DNA of 64,000 nucleotides from Rhynchopus sp. YZ270_cl-10. Its lineage: Eukaryota. The translations under genes and the position numbers were made by a program. The notes under the pieces are model-generated. The model saw only the letters and a program-made list of their open reading frames with translations, did no database searches and was not told the origin of the DNA. The stretch covers positions 310,001 to 374,000 of the forward strand of contig OZ037844.1 in NCBI GenBank assembly GCA_964035575.1, in the 5' to 3' direction. Shown piece after piece: positions 46,512-58,802 of the stretch; position 1 is the first letter of the stretch; every line of letters starts with the position of its first letter.

Positions 46512-46744
46512 CAGAAGAGGGTAGGGAGAAGGAGCTCTAGGGGGCCTGAATGAGGGGGTTGTGAGAGATGTTATGAGTGATAAAGAAATATGTATTTAAA
46601 AAGTGGAAAAACATTTTTTTGGGTTCTTTGTTTCTTTGACCAGTGCCAGGCGTCTTGTCGCACCTACCCCATGGGTCACCCTTGTACCCCCTCTGACCCG
46701 AGTGAGGTCCTTTCTCTGAAGTCTGCCCGTCGACGTCCACAGCA

Positions 46745-48298
46745 TCATTCTTCTGCACCGTGCTTGAGGAGAACCTGTTGTACCACATCTGTATGTTGTT
46801 TCTGCCTCGCATAGTGCAACGCAGTGTGGCCCGAAAAATTTCTGTGATTCACATCCACCTCCCGCAAGCCAACAAGATAGCGCACAGTCTCGGTGTGTCC
46901 ATTCTGTGCCGCAAACATAAGACATGTTGAGCTATCGTCGTCCACCACACACACGTCCGCACCTGCTTTGACTAACATCTTCACAATGTCGAGTGCCCCA
47001 ACCTCACAAGCACAGTGAAGAGGTGTGCTCCCTTCGCTATCCTTTGCCTCAACATCTGCCCCTGCATCAATGAGCAGCTGCACCACATCTGAGTGCTTCT
47101 CTTTCGCTGCGTGGTGCAGTGAAGTGCAGCCCCTGTTATTTGACTGATTCACATCCACCTCAGGCATGCACAGAAGAGTACGCACAGTCTCGGTGTGCCC
47201 ATTGGCAGCCGCAAGGATAAGACACGTGTCTCCTTTGTTGTTTGTGACACTCACGTCCGCACCTGCCTTGACCAACACCTTCACAACCTGGAGATTCCCA
47301 CACTCGCTCGCCTTGAGGAGTGGCGAACGTCCGTTGTTGTACGTAACCTCGATGTCAGCCCCTGCATCAAGGAGCACCTCCACCACATCTGCACCCGCTC
47401 TCTCAACTGCTGCGAGCAACGAGGTGTAGCCAGCCTCAGACTTCTGACTGAGGTCGATCTGCGGTAAACCAACAAGATAGCGCACAGTCTCGGTGTGTCT
47501 AAACACTGCAGCAAGCATAAGACTTGTGTATCCATCCTTTTGTGCGGCACGTACTTCCGCACCTGCTTCCACCAAAATCTTCACAATTGGCTGACTCCCG
47601 TTCTTGCAAGCATCAATCAGAGGTGTCCATGAGTCCTTGTCCCTTGTCTCGATGTCTGCCCCTGCATCAATAAGAACCTTCACCACATCTGCGTGTTTTT
47701 GACTTACTGCATACAACAACGCAGACAAGTGGTCATCACCTTTGTGATTCACTTTAACATCATGCAAGCCCTTCAAACCCACAAGATAGCGCACAGTCTC
47801 GGTGTGTCCATAATACGACGCATGGATAAGACATGTGCTTCCGTAGTTGCACGTACCACACACTCCCGCACCAGCTGCCACCAAGATTTTCGCAACTGCG
47901 AGTGCTCCTGAACGGCAAGACCAGTGCAGAGGCGAACGTCCCATGTCGTCCTTTGTCTCGATGTCTGCACCTGCATCAATGAACACCTGACACACTGCAG
48001 GGTCCTCCCACATGGCTGGACAGGGTCGGTCTTTCATGTCCCCCTTTCCGTGTGGGACAAACGCATCGTTGCTGCAGACTGACTTCCAATGCTGCAAGAG
48101 GACCTCCGTGCACGCAGTGTGGTCTGCGTGGATGCACTCACTCAGCAGCATCCCGAAGTCCATCTGCGTTGTCTCAACATACGGAAGAAGCAGTGCGAGG
48201 CATTCATCGTGGTTCCCTCTGCATGCCTCGTGCACAGCATCGAAGACAACCGTTTTGTCTGCAGCATATGAAGCTGACTCACTCCCATTGCGTAGCAT
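46745..48298 (-). CDS. Ankyrin-repeat protein, paralogue 1 (517 aa, chimeric N-terminus)
   Basis: Repeated G.TPLH.A...GH..VV..L...GAD motifs. The first 8 codons derive from the neighbouring gene's 5' end. Confidence 0.9.
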   Translation of the reverse strand: MLRNGSESASYAADKTVVFDAVHEACRGNHDECLALLLPYVETTQMDFGMLLSECIHADHTACTEVLLQHWKSVCSNDAFVPHGKGDMKDRPCPAMWEDPAVCQVFIDAGADIETKDDMGRSPLHWSCRSGALAVAKILVAAGAGVCGTCNYGSTCLIHASYYGHTETVRYLVGLKGLHDVKVNHKGDDHLSALLYAVSQKHADVVKVLIDAGADIETRDKDSWTPLIDACKNGSQPIVKILVEAGAEVRAAQKDGYTSLMLAAVFRHTETVRYLVGLPQIDLSQKSEAGYTSLLAAVERAGADVVEVLLDAGADIEVTYNNGRSPLLKASECGNLQVVKVLVKAGADVSVTNNKGDTCLILAAANGHTETVRTLLCMPEVDVNQSNNRGCTSLHHAAKEKHSDVVQLLIDAGADVEAKDSEGSTPLHCACEVGALDIVKMLVKAGADVCVVDDDSSTCLMFAAQNGHTETVRYLVGLREVDVNHRNFSGHTALHYARQKQHTDVVQQVLLKHGAEE

Positions 48299-49399
48299 CA
48301 GAAGAGGGTAGGGAGAAGGAGCTCTAGGGGGCCTGAATGAGGGGGTTGTGAGAGATGTTATGAGTGATAAAGAAATATGTAGTACCGTGTTTCGACAAAA
48401 TATGGACCAGAATAATCATGGACCTTTTGGGATTTTATTTTTCGTGGACCAATTTTTCTGGTACATTGGGATTTTTTTGAACTTGTCCACGACGTTGACG
48501 GAGTCGCTCGCGCGGCGACCGCTTGTGTGGGAAGAAAGCTCGGAATGGGTTTTATAAACCACACAGATAGATCAGAAAAAAACATGAATGGTGTGGCCGA
48601 AGGGGGGGCCCTTCAAGGGGGGGGTGCTATTTTTGTGTTATTTTCTGCTATTTTGGGGTCGTCGGCCACACCGCACTACGGTGGAATATTTCTGAGAAGC
48701 GCGAGCCGTCCTCCAGGAGCTTCTCCGCCCCCTCAGGCGTCGTGCACTCCGCGAGCCGCACGCGGTCTGGTTTCGGCATCCAGCCGAAGTAATCCTCGCT
48801 GTACAGGTCAAGAAACTTGAGGCGAAGTCTCTCTGAGTCCGCCGTGCGAACACCCGACATGAGGCGCGTGGCCTCAGAGATCTCGTCCCCGCTCTTCCGC
48901 TTTACCCCCTTCTGCTTCTGCTTGGGGGCCGGTTCTGCGGGGGGTGACGTCTCTCTTGCTTTGCTCCTCCAGTGCCTTCCTCGCAGCGATGCGCTCTCCT
49001 TTCATTTTCCGCACAAAAGCGCCACCAATTTATCCGTTGGTGAGGAGCTTGAGCGTGGCGCTTGAGCCTGTAGGCCCGCTCCGTGCTGGGAATCATTCGG
49101 TGAGCTTGGCATCGTTCGGTAGTTCTGCGGAGAGAAACATAGACGGAGAGAGAAAGTTTGAAAATGCTCGAGAGACTCATTACTCTTTGCTTGTTGCTCA
49201 AAAGGCTGAAAACGGGAAGAAGAAAAATCAAAGGTTGTTTGTTGTTCGTTTCCGAATACACAAACGGACGCGCTGTGTGAAAAAACGAGTGTTTCTCTGC
49301 GCGTGACATTTTGTGGGGGAGAATAAAACATTATGAAAAAAGCTTGTTCCATTACCATCGTTTCCGCTGCGCTCTACATTTCCACTCCATTCGGCAGCA

Positions 49400-51052
49400 T
49401 CATTCTTCTGCACCGTGCTTGAGGAGAACCTGCTCCACATCTGTATGTTGTTTCTGCCTCGCATAGTGCAACGCAGTGTTGCCCGAAAAATCCCCGTGGA
49501 TCACATCCACCTCCCGCAAGCCAACGAGGAAGCGTACAGTCTCGGTGTGTCCATGATATGCCGCAACAATAAGGCATGTGCAACCTTTGTTGTCCACCAC
49601 ACTCACGTCTGCACCTGCTTTGACTAACATCTGCACAATGTCGAGTGCCCCAACCTCACAAGCCCAGTGAAGAGATGTGCTTCCTGCGCTATTCTTTGCC
49701 CCAACATCTGCCCCTGCATCAATGAGCAACTGCACCACATCTGAGTGCTTCTTGAACACTGCGCGGTGCAGTGAAGTTAAGCCCTGGGTATTTGACTGAT
49801 TCACATCCACCTCAGGCATGCACAGAAGAGTGCGCACAGCCTCGGTGTGTCCATAATGTGCCGCAAGCATAAGACACGTAGCTCCTTTGTTGTCTGTGAC
49901 ACACACTCCTGCACCTGCTCTGAGTAACACCTTCACAACCTGGAGATTCCCACACTTGCTCGCCTTGAGGAGTGGCGAACGTCCGTCGTTGAGCTTTGCC
50001 TCGATGTCTGCCCCTGCATCAAGGAGCACCTCCACCACATCTGCACCCGCTCTCTCAACTGCTGCGAGCAACGAGGTGTGGCCATCCTTATCCTTGTGAC
50101 TCAGGTCGATCTGCGGTAAACCAACAAGATAGCGCACAGTCTCGGTGTGTCCAAATCCTGCAGCAAAGATAAAACTTGTGTACCCATCCTTTTGTGCGGC
50201 ACGTACTTCCGCACCTGCTTCCACCAACATCTTCACAATTGGCTGACTCCCATTCTTGCAAGCATACATAAGAGGTGTCCATGACTCCTTGTCCCTTGTC
50301 TCGATGTCTGCCCCTGCATCAATAAGAACCTTCACCAGATCTGCGTGTTTTTGAGCTACTGCACATAACAACGCAGACCAGTCGTCATCACCTTTGTGAT
50401 TCACTTTAACATCATGCAAACCCACAAGATAGCGCACAGTCTCGGCGTGTCCAAGATATGCCGCATGGATAAGACATGTGTTTCCGCAGTTGCACGTACC
50501 ACACACTCCCGCACCAGCTGCCACCAACATCTTCACAACTGCGAGTGCTCCTGAACGACAAGAACAGTGCAGAGGCGAACGTCCCATGTCGTCCTTTGTC
50601 TCGATGTCTGCCCCTGCATCAATGAGCACCTGACACACTGCAGGGTCCTCCCACATGGCTGGAGTGGGACGGTCTTCTACATACTCCTGCCCGTGTGGGA
50701 CACTCGCACCGTTGCTGCAGACTGACTTCCAATGCTGCAAGAGGACCTCCGTGCACGCAGTGTGGTCTGCGTGGATGCACTCACTCAGCAGCATCCCGAA
50801 GCCCATCTGCGTTGTCTCAACATACGGAAGAAGCAGTGCGAGGCATTCATCGTGGTTCCCTCTGCATGCCTCGTGCACAGCATCGAAGGCAACCTTTTTG
50901 CTGTCTGTGTCCGGGCTGAGCTTCTCAAGTCCCACCCGCACGGCAGTCGTGTCGCCGTTCCTGGCAGCCTCCACCAAGACCTCGTCTGCAGAAAGCGTTG
51001 TGCTGTGTGGTGTCTTCTCGTCAGGTGTGCTGTCTGCGTGTCGCTTCGACAT
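49400..51052 (-). CDS. Ankyrin-repeat protein, paralogue 2 (550 aa)
   Basis: Tandem ankyrin motifs; paralogous to its neighbours. Confidence 0.92.
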   Translation of the reverse strand: MSKRHADSTPDEKTPHSTTLSADEVLVEAARNGDTTAVRVGLEKLSPDTDSKKVAFDAVHEACRGNHDECLALLLPYVETTQMGFGMLLSECIHADHTACTEVLLQHWKSVCSNGASVPHGQEYVEDRPTPAMWEDPAVCQVLIDAGADIETKDDMGRSPLHCSCRSGALAVVKMLVAAGAGVCGTCNCGNTCLIHAAYLGHAETVRYLVGLHDVKVNHKGDDDWSALLCAVAQKHADLVKVLIDAGADIETRDKESWTPLMYACKNGSQPIVKMLVEAGAEVRAAQKDGYTSFIFAAGFGHTETVRYLVGLPQIDLSHKDKDGHTSLLAAVERAGADVVEVLLDAGADIEAKLNDGRSPLLKASKCGNLQVVKVLLRAGAGVCVTDNKGATCLMLAAHYGHTEAVRTLLCMPEVDVNQSNTQGLTSLHRAVFKKHSDVVQLLIDAGADVGAKNSAGSTSLHWACEVGALDIVQMLVKAGADVSVVDNKGCTCLIVAAYHGHTETVRFLVGLREVDVIHGDFSGNTALHYARQKQHTDVEQVLLKHGAEE

Positions 51053-51384
51053 GGTTTGTGCAGATGTTGATATTCAATGTTGTGTCTTTTATGCTGTTTC
51101 TTTTTGTGGAGGTTGTGAGTGGTGTCCTTGAACTGCCGGGCTCAAAAGACTACAAACGGGGAGAGGAAAAATGCGGTCGTTTGTTGTTCGCTTCCGATGT
51201 GTTAACTAAAGACAGTATTATGCAATACGCAAGGACCAATCCTGCGTAGGTCATTCCGAGTGTCTTGGGCGTTTGTGAGCTTCGTGGGGAGGATCCTTTC
51301 TGCAACGTTTCGGACGCACGTCAACTACAAACTTTCGCATATTTGGTGTTACGCATTCCGTTCAGTCTACCTCTCTGGGTGCAG

Positions 51385-51745
<361 letters not shown>

Positions 51746-52247
51746 ATTTCCCAACGGTTACCGCATCATGGAAACAAGGAGATCCAAAAAAAATCCTGTT
51801 CGAGCACTTTTGACCCTCTCCAGAGGGTGCATAGTGCGTACACCCCTTCTCAGCAACTGTAAATAACGACTCCCGACTCCCGGACCCCCAGACCTTATTT
51901 ACACCCTTGGGCGGGGGGGTCACAACATCTCTCTCTTGGCGCCCCATGCTGTACCGACAGTTGGGCCTCACCCTTTCTCTTAGGGATATACATGGACGTC
52001 CTTACAGGCAGCAAACAGAAAACAAACAGGCGAAAAGAGAAGTTGAAAGTGCAAAACCTCGCACAGGGGGACAATTGTGAACGAGTCCCTCTCGCTCCTG
52101 TGAAGATGGGCCTTTGCTTTGTATTTTTGACCAGTGCCAGGCGTCTCGTCGCACCTACCCCATGGGTCACCCTTGTACCCCCTCTGACCGGGTGGCGTGC
52201 CTTCTGCTGAAGTCTGCCCACCAAATGTGGTCGATGCGTCCACAGCA

Positions 52248-53927
52248 TCATTCTTCTGCACCGTGCTTGAGGAGAACCTGTTGTACCACATCTGTATGTT
52301 GTTTCTGCCTCGCATAGTGCAACGCAGTGTGGCCCGAACAATTTCTGTGATTCACATCCACCTCCCGCAAGCCAACAAGATAGCGCACAGTCTCGGTGTG
52401 TCCATTCTGTGCCGCAAACATAAGACATGTTGTGCTATCGTCGTCCACCACACACACGTCCGCACCTGCTTTGACTAACATCTTCACAATGTCGAGTGCC
52501 CCATCCTCACAAGCACAGTGAAGAGGTGCGCCCCCTTCGCTATTCTTTGACTCAACATCTGCCCCTGCATCAATGAGCACCTGCACCACATCTGCGTGCT
52601 CCATTGATGCTGCGCCGTGCAGTGGAGTGAAGCCCTCGGAATATGACTGATTCACGTCCACCTCAGTCATACACAGAAGAGTGCGCACAGTCTTGGTGTG
52701 TCCATAATGTGCCGCAAGCGTAAGACACGCAGCTCCTTTGTTGTCTGTGACCCAAACGTCAGCACCTGCTCTGACCAACACCTTCACAACCTGGAGATTC
52801 CCACACTGGCTCGCCCTGAGGAGTGGCGAATGTCCGTCGGTGAGCTTTACCTCGATGTCTGCCCCTGCATCAATGAGCACCTCCACCACATCTGCACCCG
52901 CTCTCTCAACTGCTGCGAGCAACGAGGTGAAGCCATCCTCAGCCTTGTGACTCAGGTCGACCTGCGGCAAACCAACAAGATAGCGCACAGTCTCGGTGTG
53001 TCCAAATACTGCAGCAAACATAAGACTTGTGGATCCATCCTTATGTGTGGCACGCACTTCCGCACCTGCTTCCACCAACATTTTCACAATTGGCTGACTC
53101 CCATTCTTGCAAGCATACATAAGAGGTGTCCATGACTCCTTGTCCCTTGTCTCGATGTCTGCCCCTGCATCAATAAGAACCTTCGCCACATCTGCGTGCT
53201 TTCGATCTGCTGCACAGGACAACGCAGACAAATCACAATCACATTTGTGATTCAGCTTAACATCATGCGAGCCCTTCAAACCCACAAGATAGCGCACCGT
53301 CTCGGTGTGTCCAAAAAATGACGCAAGAAAAAGACACGTAGCTCCATCGCTGTCTGTGACACTCACGTCCGCACCTGCTCCCACCAACATCTTCACAACT
53401 TTGAGCTCGCCTGAAACGCTCGCCCTGAGCAGAGGTGAACGTCCATCCTCATCCTTTGTCTCGATGTCTGCCCCTGCATCAATGAGCACCTGACACACTG
53501 CAGGGTCCGCCCACATGGCTGGACAGGGACGAGGTGTCTCACTTTGGATGTCTGCCTCCTGCCCGTATGGGACAAACACAACGTTGCTGCAGACTGACTT
53601 CCAATGCTGCAAGAGGACCTCCGTGCACGCAGTGTGGTCTGCGTGGATGCACTCACTCAGCAGCATCCCGAAGCCCGTCTGCGTTGTCTCAACATACGGA
53701 AGAAGCAGTGCGAGGCATTCATCGTGGTTCCCTCTGCATGCCTCGTGCACAGCATCGAAGGCATCCGTTTTGCTGTCTGTGTCTGGGCTGAGCTTCTCAA
53801 GTCCCACCCGCACGGCAGTCGTGTCGCCGTTCCTGGCAGCCTCCACCAAGACCTCGTCTGCAGAAATCTTTCTTCTCTTTGGTGCCTTCTCGTCAGGTGT
53901 GCTGTCTGCGTGTTGCTCCTTCGACAT
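52248..53927 (-). CDS. Ankyrin-repeat protein, paralogue 3 (559 aa)
   Basis: Tandem ankyrin motifs. The N-terminal PKRRK is a possible nuclear localisation signal. Confidence 0.92.
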   Translation of the reverse strand: MSKEQHADSTPDEKAPKRRKISADEVLVEAARNGDTTAVRVGLEKLSPDTDSKTDAFDAVHEACRGNHDECLALLLPYVETTQTGFGMLLSECIHADHTACTEVLLQHWKSVCSNVVFVPYGQEADIQSETPRPCPAMWADPAVCQVLIDAGADIETKDEDGRSPLLRASVSGELKVVKMLVGAGADVSVTDSDGATCLFLASFFGHTETVRYLVGLKGSHDVKLNHKCDCDLSALSCAADRKHADVAKVLIDAGADIETRDKESWTPLMYACKNGSQPIVKMLVEAGAEVRATHKDGSTSLMFAAVFGHTETVRYLVGLPQVDLSHKAEDGFTSLLAAVERAGADVVEVLIDAGADIEVKLTDGHSPLLRASQCGNLQVVKVLVRAGADVWVTDNKGAACLTLAAHYGHTKTVRTLLCMTEVDVNQSYSEGFTPLHGAASMEHADVVQVLIDAGADVESKNSEGGAPLHCACEDGALDIVKMLVKAGADVCVVDDDSTTCLMFAAQNGHTETVRYLVGLREVDVNHRNCSGHTALHYARQKQHTDVVQQVLLKHGAEE

Positions 53928-54239
53928 GGTTTGTGAAGATGTTGATATTCAATGTTGTGTCTTTTGTGCTGTTTCTTTTTGTGGAGGTTGTGAGGAGTGG
54001 TGTCCTTGAACTGCCGGGGTCAAAAGACTACAAACGGGGAGAGGAAAAATGCGGTCGTTTGTTGTTCGCTTCCGATGTGTTAACTAAAGACAGTATTATG
54101 CAATACGCAAGGACCAATCCTGCGTAGGTCATTCCTAGTGTCTTGGGCGTTTGTGAGCTTCGTGGGGAGGATCCTCTCTGCAACGTTTCGGACGCACGTC
54201 AACTACAAACTTTCGCATATATTTGATGTTACGCATTCC

Positions 54240-54725
54240 AGCCCTGCTGCACCCAGAGAGGGCCAACTGCCTGACTTCAGTTACATTGCGCAACACGGAA
54301 CGATCAACCCCTGTCAAACTCCAGCAGTAGAGGAAGCAGGAGCCAAAACAGGTGAGACTGCTCAACGAAGACAAATCAATGTAAGTAAAATCCTCGTTCT
54401 CAAGAAAGCTGTGCCCAATGCGCATGCTACTGCGCAATGACGGCAAGGTGAGTGTTGTCAACCGAACGCAACCATGCCATAAAACGGTTCTCAATCTCCG
54501 TGAGACTGGGAATAGCAAAGCGCTGTCAAACTGCTGCAGAACTCGAGAGAAAGCTGTCACCAAGAGCTGTCACAGCGCTCAACAAGGAGGCAAATGGAGT
54601 GTTTCCAAACTTTCGCATTGCACAGAAAAGCCGTCACCGATCTCCATGAGACCCGTTAGTGGAGACAAGTCAAGCACCTCCAAAGCAGCACAGCCTGCAA
54701 CGAAGTTATTGCCAATCGCAACACT
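54240..54725 (-). pseudogene. Decayed BspA-type LRR gene
   Basis: Fragments GCVRLTTLTLPSL..IGHSFL..IDLSSLSSLTCFGSCFL..SLTGVD resemble the repeat at 25.7-26.3 kb. The reading frames are broken. Confidence 0.6.
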
Positions 54726-55531
54726 ATGCTCATGGCGGTTGTTTTTTCTTGTAGATGAGCCTCAGGGTATTAGGGTGAAAAGGTACGATAACAGATAAAC
54801 AGGGGGGAAAAGGTAGCCTTCTTTTCTTGATGAGCCTGAAAGGCTCCTTCTGTGTTTACGAACTAAAAAACCCACCCCCCTTCTGAAAACAAACAGGCGA
54901 AAAGAAAGTGAAGTTATTAATGCAGGCACCTCCGACTGACCCACCTACGATGCCAGCCATCCGGATGAAAGCACAACTACCCTGCGGCCAACAACAGAAG
55001 ATGTAAAAAGGAACCCTAATGACTTGCCCGTACCGTAAGAGAACGAGGGCGGTGCACAACCGCTCGACAGCCGGCGGCCCACCTTCCGTTGAAGAGTTGT
55101 GAGCTTACAGGTACTGCAGTTCGCTGCACCCAACGCTTGATGCACGATAGTCTACACATGAGAGCAGAAACCCATAAACACAAAAAGGGGTGGGCGGGGG
55201 AGGTCACAACATCTCTCTCTTGGCGTCCCATGCTGTACCGACAGTTGGTCCTCACCCTTTCTCTTAGGGATATACATGGACGTCCTTACAGGCAGCAAAC
55301 AGAAAACAAACAGGCGAAAAGAATAGTTGAAAGTGCAAAACCTCGCACAGGGGGACAATTGTGAACGAGTCCCTCTCGCTCCTGTGAAGATGGGTCTTTG
55401 CTTTGTATTTTTGACCAGTGCCAGGCGTCTCGTCGCACCTACCCCATGGGTCACCCTTGTACCCCCTCTGACCGGGTGGCGTGCCTTCTTCTGAAGTCTG
55501 CCCACCAAATATGGTCGATGCGTCCACAGCA

Positions 55532-57559
55532 TCATTCTTCTGCACCGTGCTTGAGGAGAACCTGCTCCACATCTGTATGTTGTTTCTCCCTCGCATGTTG
55601 CAACGCAGTGTAGCCCGAAAAATCTCGGTGGTTCACATCCACCTCCCGCAAGCCAACGAGATAGCGCACAGTCTCGGTGTGTCCATGCTGTGCCGCAAAC
55701 ATAAGGCATGTTGTGCTATCGTCGTCCACCACACACAGGTCCGCACCTGCTTTGACTAACATCTGCACAATGTCGAGTTCCCCAACCTCACAAGCACAGT
55801 GAAGAGGTGTGCCCCCTTCGCTATCCTTTGGCTCAACATCTGCCCCTGCATCAATGAGCACCTGCACTACATCTGAGTGCTCCATTGACGCTGCGCGGTG
55901 CAGTGGAGTTAAGCCCTCGGGATGTGACTGATTCACATCCACCTCAGGCATGCACAGAAGAGTACGTACAGTCTCGGTGTGTCCATAATGTGCCGCAAGC
56001 ATAAGACACGTAGCTCCTTTGTTGTCTGTGACACAAACGTCAGCACCTGCCTTGACCAACACCTTCACAACCTGGAGATTCCCACACTGGCTCGCCTTGA
56101 GGAGTGGCGAACGTCCGTCGGTGAGCTTTGCCTCAATATCAGCCCCTGCATCAATGAGCACCTCCACCACATCTGCACCCGATTGCTCAACTGCTGCGAG
56201 CAACGAGGTGTAGCCATCCTCAGCCTTGTGACTCAGGTCGACCTGCGGCAAACCAACAAGATAGCGCACAGTCTCAGTGTGTCCGTGATGTGCCGCAAGG
56301 ATAAGACATGTGTTCCCGAAGTTGCATCTACCACACACTCCCGCACCAGCTGCCACCAAGATCTTCACAACTGCGAGTGCTCCTGAACGGCAAGACCAGT
56401 GCAGAGGCGAACGTCCCATGTCGTCCTTTGTCTCGATGTCTGCCCCTGCATCAATGAGCACCTGACACACTGCAGGGTCCTCCCACATGGCTGGACAGGG
56501 TCGGTCATCTTCTTCCTCCTGCCCGTGTGGGACAAACGCAACGTTGCTGCAGACAGCCTTCCAATGCTGCAAGAGGACCTCCGTGCACGCAGTGTGGTCT
56601 GCGTGGATGCACTCACTCAGCAGCATCCCGAAGCCCATCTGCGTTGTCTCAACATACGGAAGAAGCAGTGCGAGTGGGCTGAGCTTCTCAAGTCCCGCCC
56701 GCACGGCAGTCGTGTCGCCGTTCCTGGCAGCCTCCACCAAGGCGAAGTGGAGCACGTCCTCTGCCCCTGCAAGCACCGCACGCAGCACAAGAGCTGCCTC
56801 CTCATCAACAGGCTTGCCCACAGCACCGCCAGAAAGAAGTGCCTTCACACAGGCAAGGTGATGTCCAGCAACAGCAGCATCCAGCGCAGTCATCCCATCA
56901 ACACAGTGTTCGCAGTCTGCACCCTTCGCAACAAGAAACTGCACCACATCCGCATCGCCACGGCACGCTGCAATGTACAGCGGACGTGCACAGCTCGCGT
57001 CATTCTCACTGTGCACCTCCAGCCCTGCCCCAGACGCGATGAGCAGCTCTGCACTCGCAAGATCCCCAAGGTGTGCAGCCACACACAACGGCTTGATGCG
57101 CCTCCCATTCAGGTCCAGCTTGTGTTCCTTCAGCAGCATCGCAAGCACCTCCACTCGCTTCAGGTGCAGACAGGTCAGCAGGAGCTCGTCCACATCGACT
57201 TCCAAGCAGACACGGGGGCTGTCCGAGCATGACTTCCAATGCTGCAAGAGGACCTCCGTGCACGCAGTGTGGTCTGCGTGGACGCACTCACTCAGCAGGA
57301 TTCCAAAGCCATTCGTTCGGTCAACGTAGTAGGGAAGAAGCAGTGCGAGGCATTCATCGTGGTTCCCTCTGCATGCCTCGTGCACAGCATCGAAGGAAAC
57401 AGTTTTGCTGTCTGTGTCTGGGATGAGCTTCTCAAGTCCCACCCGCACGGCAGTCATGTCGCCGTTCCTGGCAGCCTCCACCAAGACCTCGTCTGCAGAA
57501 CGCGTTGTTCTCTTTGGTGCCTTCTCGTCAGGTGTGCTGTCTGCGTGCTGCTTCGACAT
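55532..57559 (-). CDS. Ankyrin-repeat protein, paralogue 4 (675 aa, duplicated N-terminal module)
   Basis: Tandem ankyrin motifs. The block VEAARNGD...CTEVLLQHWK occurs twice. Confidence 0.92.
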   Translation of the reverse strand: MSKQHADSTPDEKAPKRTTRSADEVLVEAARNGDMTAVRVGLEKLIPDTDSKTVSFDAVHEACRGNHDECLALLLPYYVDRTNGFGILLSECVHADHTACTEVLLQHWKSCSDSPRVCLEVDVDELLLTCLHLKRVEVLAMLLKEHKLDLNGRRIKPLCVAAHLGDLASAELLIASGAGLEVHSENDASCARPLYIAACRGDADVVQFLVAKGADCEHCVDGMTALDAAVAGHHLACVKALLSGGAVGKPVDEEAALVLRAVLAGAEDVLHFALVEAARNGDTTAVRAGLEKLSPLALLLPYVETTQMGFGMLLSECIHADHTACTEVLLQHWKAVCSNVAFVPHGQEEEDDRPCPAMWEDPAVCQVLIDAGADIETKDDMGRSPLHWSCRSGALAVVKILVAAGAGVCGRCNFGNTCLILAAHHGHTETVRYLVGLPQVDLSHKAEDGYTSLLAAVEQSGADVVEVLIDAGADIEAKLTDGRSPLLKASQCGNLQVVKVLVKAGADVCVTDNKGATCLMLAAHYGHTETVRTLLCMPEVDVNQSHPEGLTPLHRAASMEHSDVVQVLIDAGADVEPKDSEGGTPLHCACEVGELDIVQMLVKAGADLCVVDDDSTTCLMFAAQHGHTETVRYLVGLREVDVNHRDFSGYTALQHAREKQHTDVEQVLLKHGAEE

Positions 57560-58802
57560 GGTTTGTGAAGATGTTGATATTCAATGTTGTGTCTTTTATG
57601 CTGTTTCTTTTTGTGGAGGTTGTGAGGTGAGTGGTGGGTGTCCCTGAACTGCCTCCCACCCCAGACAAGCACAGCCACAGTGGAAACGGGTGGTGTGGAA
57701 GTCTCCCTCTCGCCCCTCTGAAGGTGACCATTTGACACCTTCTGTGGTGTTCCTGGCACCCTGCTTTCGTAGCACGTTCGGTGCTTTTTGGGGTAAAATC
57801 ACGAACACCATTCTCCTCAAGCTTTTTTATACAAATAATTCACATCGGAACCGCAACGTTGGGAACCGGTCGCTGCTGAGAGCACCGAGGTGTAGCTCCC
57901 CTTATGTCGCTGTTGTGTTCGAATAGGTGGCCCTAAACCTACCGAGACGTGAGAGTGTAACAACGGGGAAATGTGAAATATGGAAGAGCTCCGGTGGATC
58001 CGAATGTGCTACATCTGAAAAATATATCCGTTTCGCTTGATCAGATCTCGACCGTTTGTTGCATTGCACGCTTCCACTGTGTCAGTGTGTGATGGTTTAT
58101 GATTATTGCCTGAAGTACAGAAAATGAGAGTGTCGGTGGCGGAGCGCAAAAGAGGTAAAATGAAAGACATATCGGGTGGGGTCTCTGATCTAATCTGTGC
58201 GACGAATGTATTTCCCCTAACACGCCATGTTTGGCCAGGGCCTATCCAGCGCGTCAGTTGCAAAAGAAAACTTTCAGCGTGCGGCACAACACAAAAAAAA
58301 AGGTAAACCAGGCCCACTACTTTATTTTTTTTTGCAGTTCCTCGGATATCTAAGGTCTCTAATAACTCAAGAACACAAAACACCCCCGAACAACACTTTA
58401 GTTATTTTTTTTTGAAAAGCGTACTCATTTTATCTTGCGTGCCCCCCTTGGGGTGTTTTGTTCTAACCTATTTGTCTATTTCTCTAATTTTCTACTGTTT
58501 TCCCCTCCAAATAAAACCCCCTTCTTCATTGCAATCTACCTCAGACGCACTCCACGAAGTAACACTCTCAAAGGTAACATCTATTGCTTTTATACCACAA
58601 AGTTGTCGCCACAATTCGCAATTTTTTCATCGATTTAACCTATTCTATCCGAAGACATAAAAAAATCGATGAAAAAATAGAACCACATATAAATACATGA
58701 AGCGAATATTACTCAGTCACTGTCAGATGCCATATTTTGAAACCCCGAACCTGTTTCACCTCTACGCGGTGTTGTGCCCAAATGCCCCTCGCATCTCGCA
58801 TC

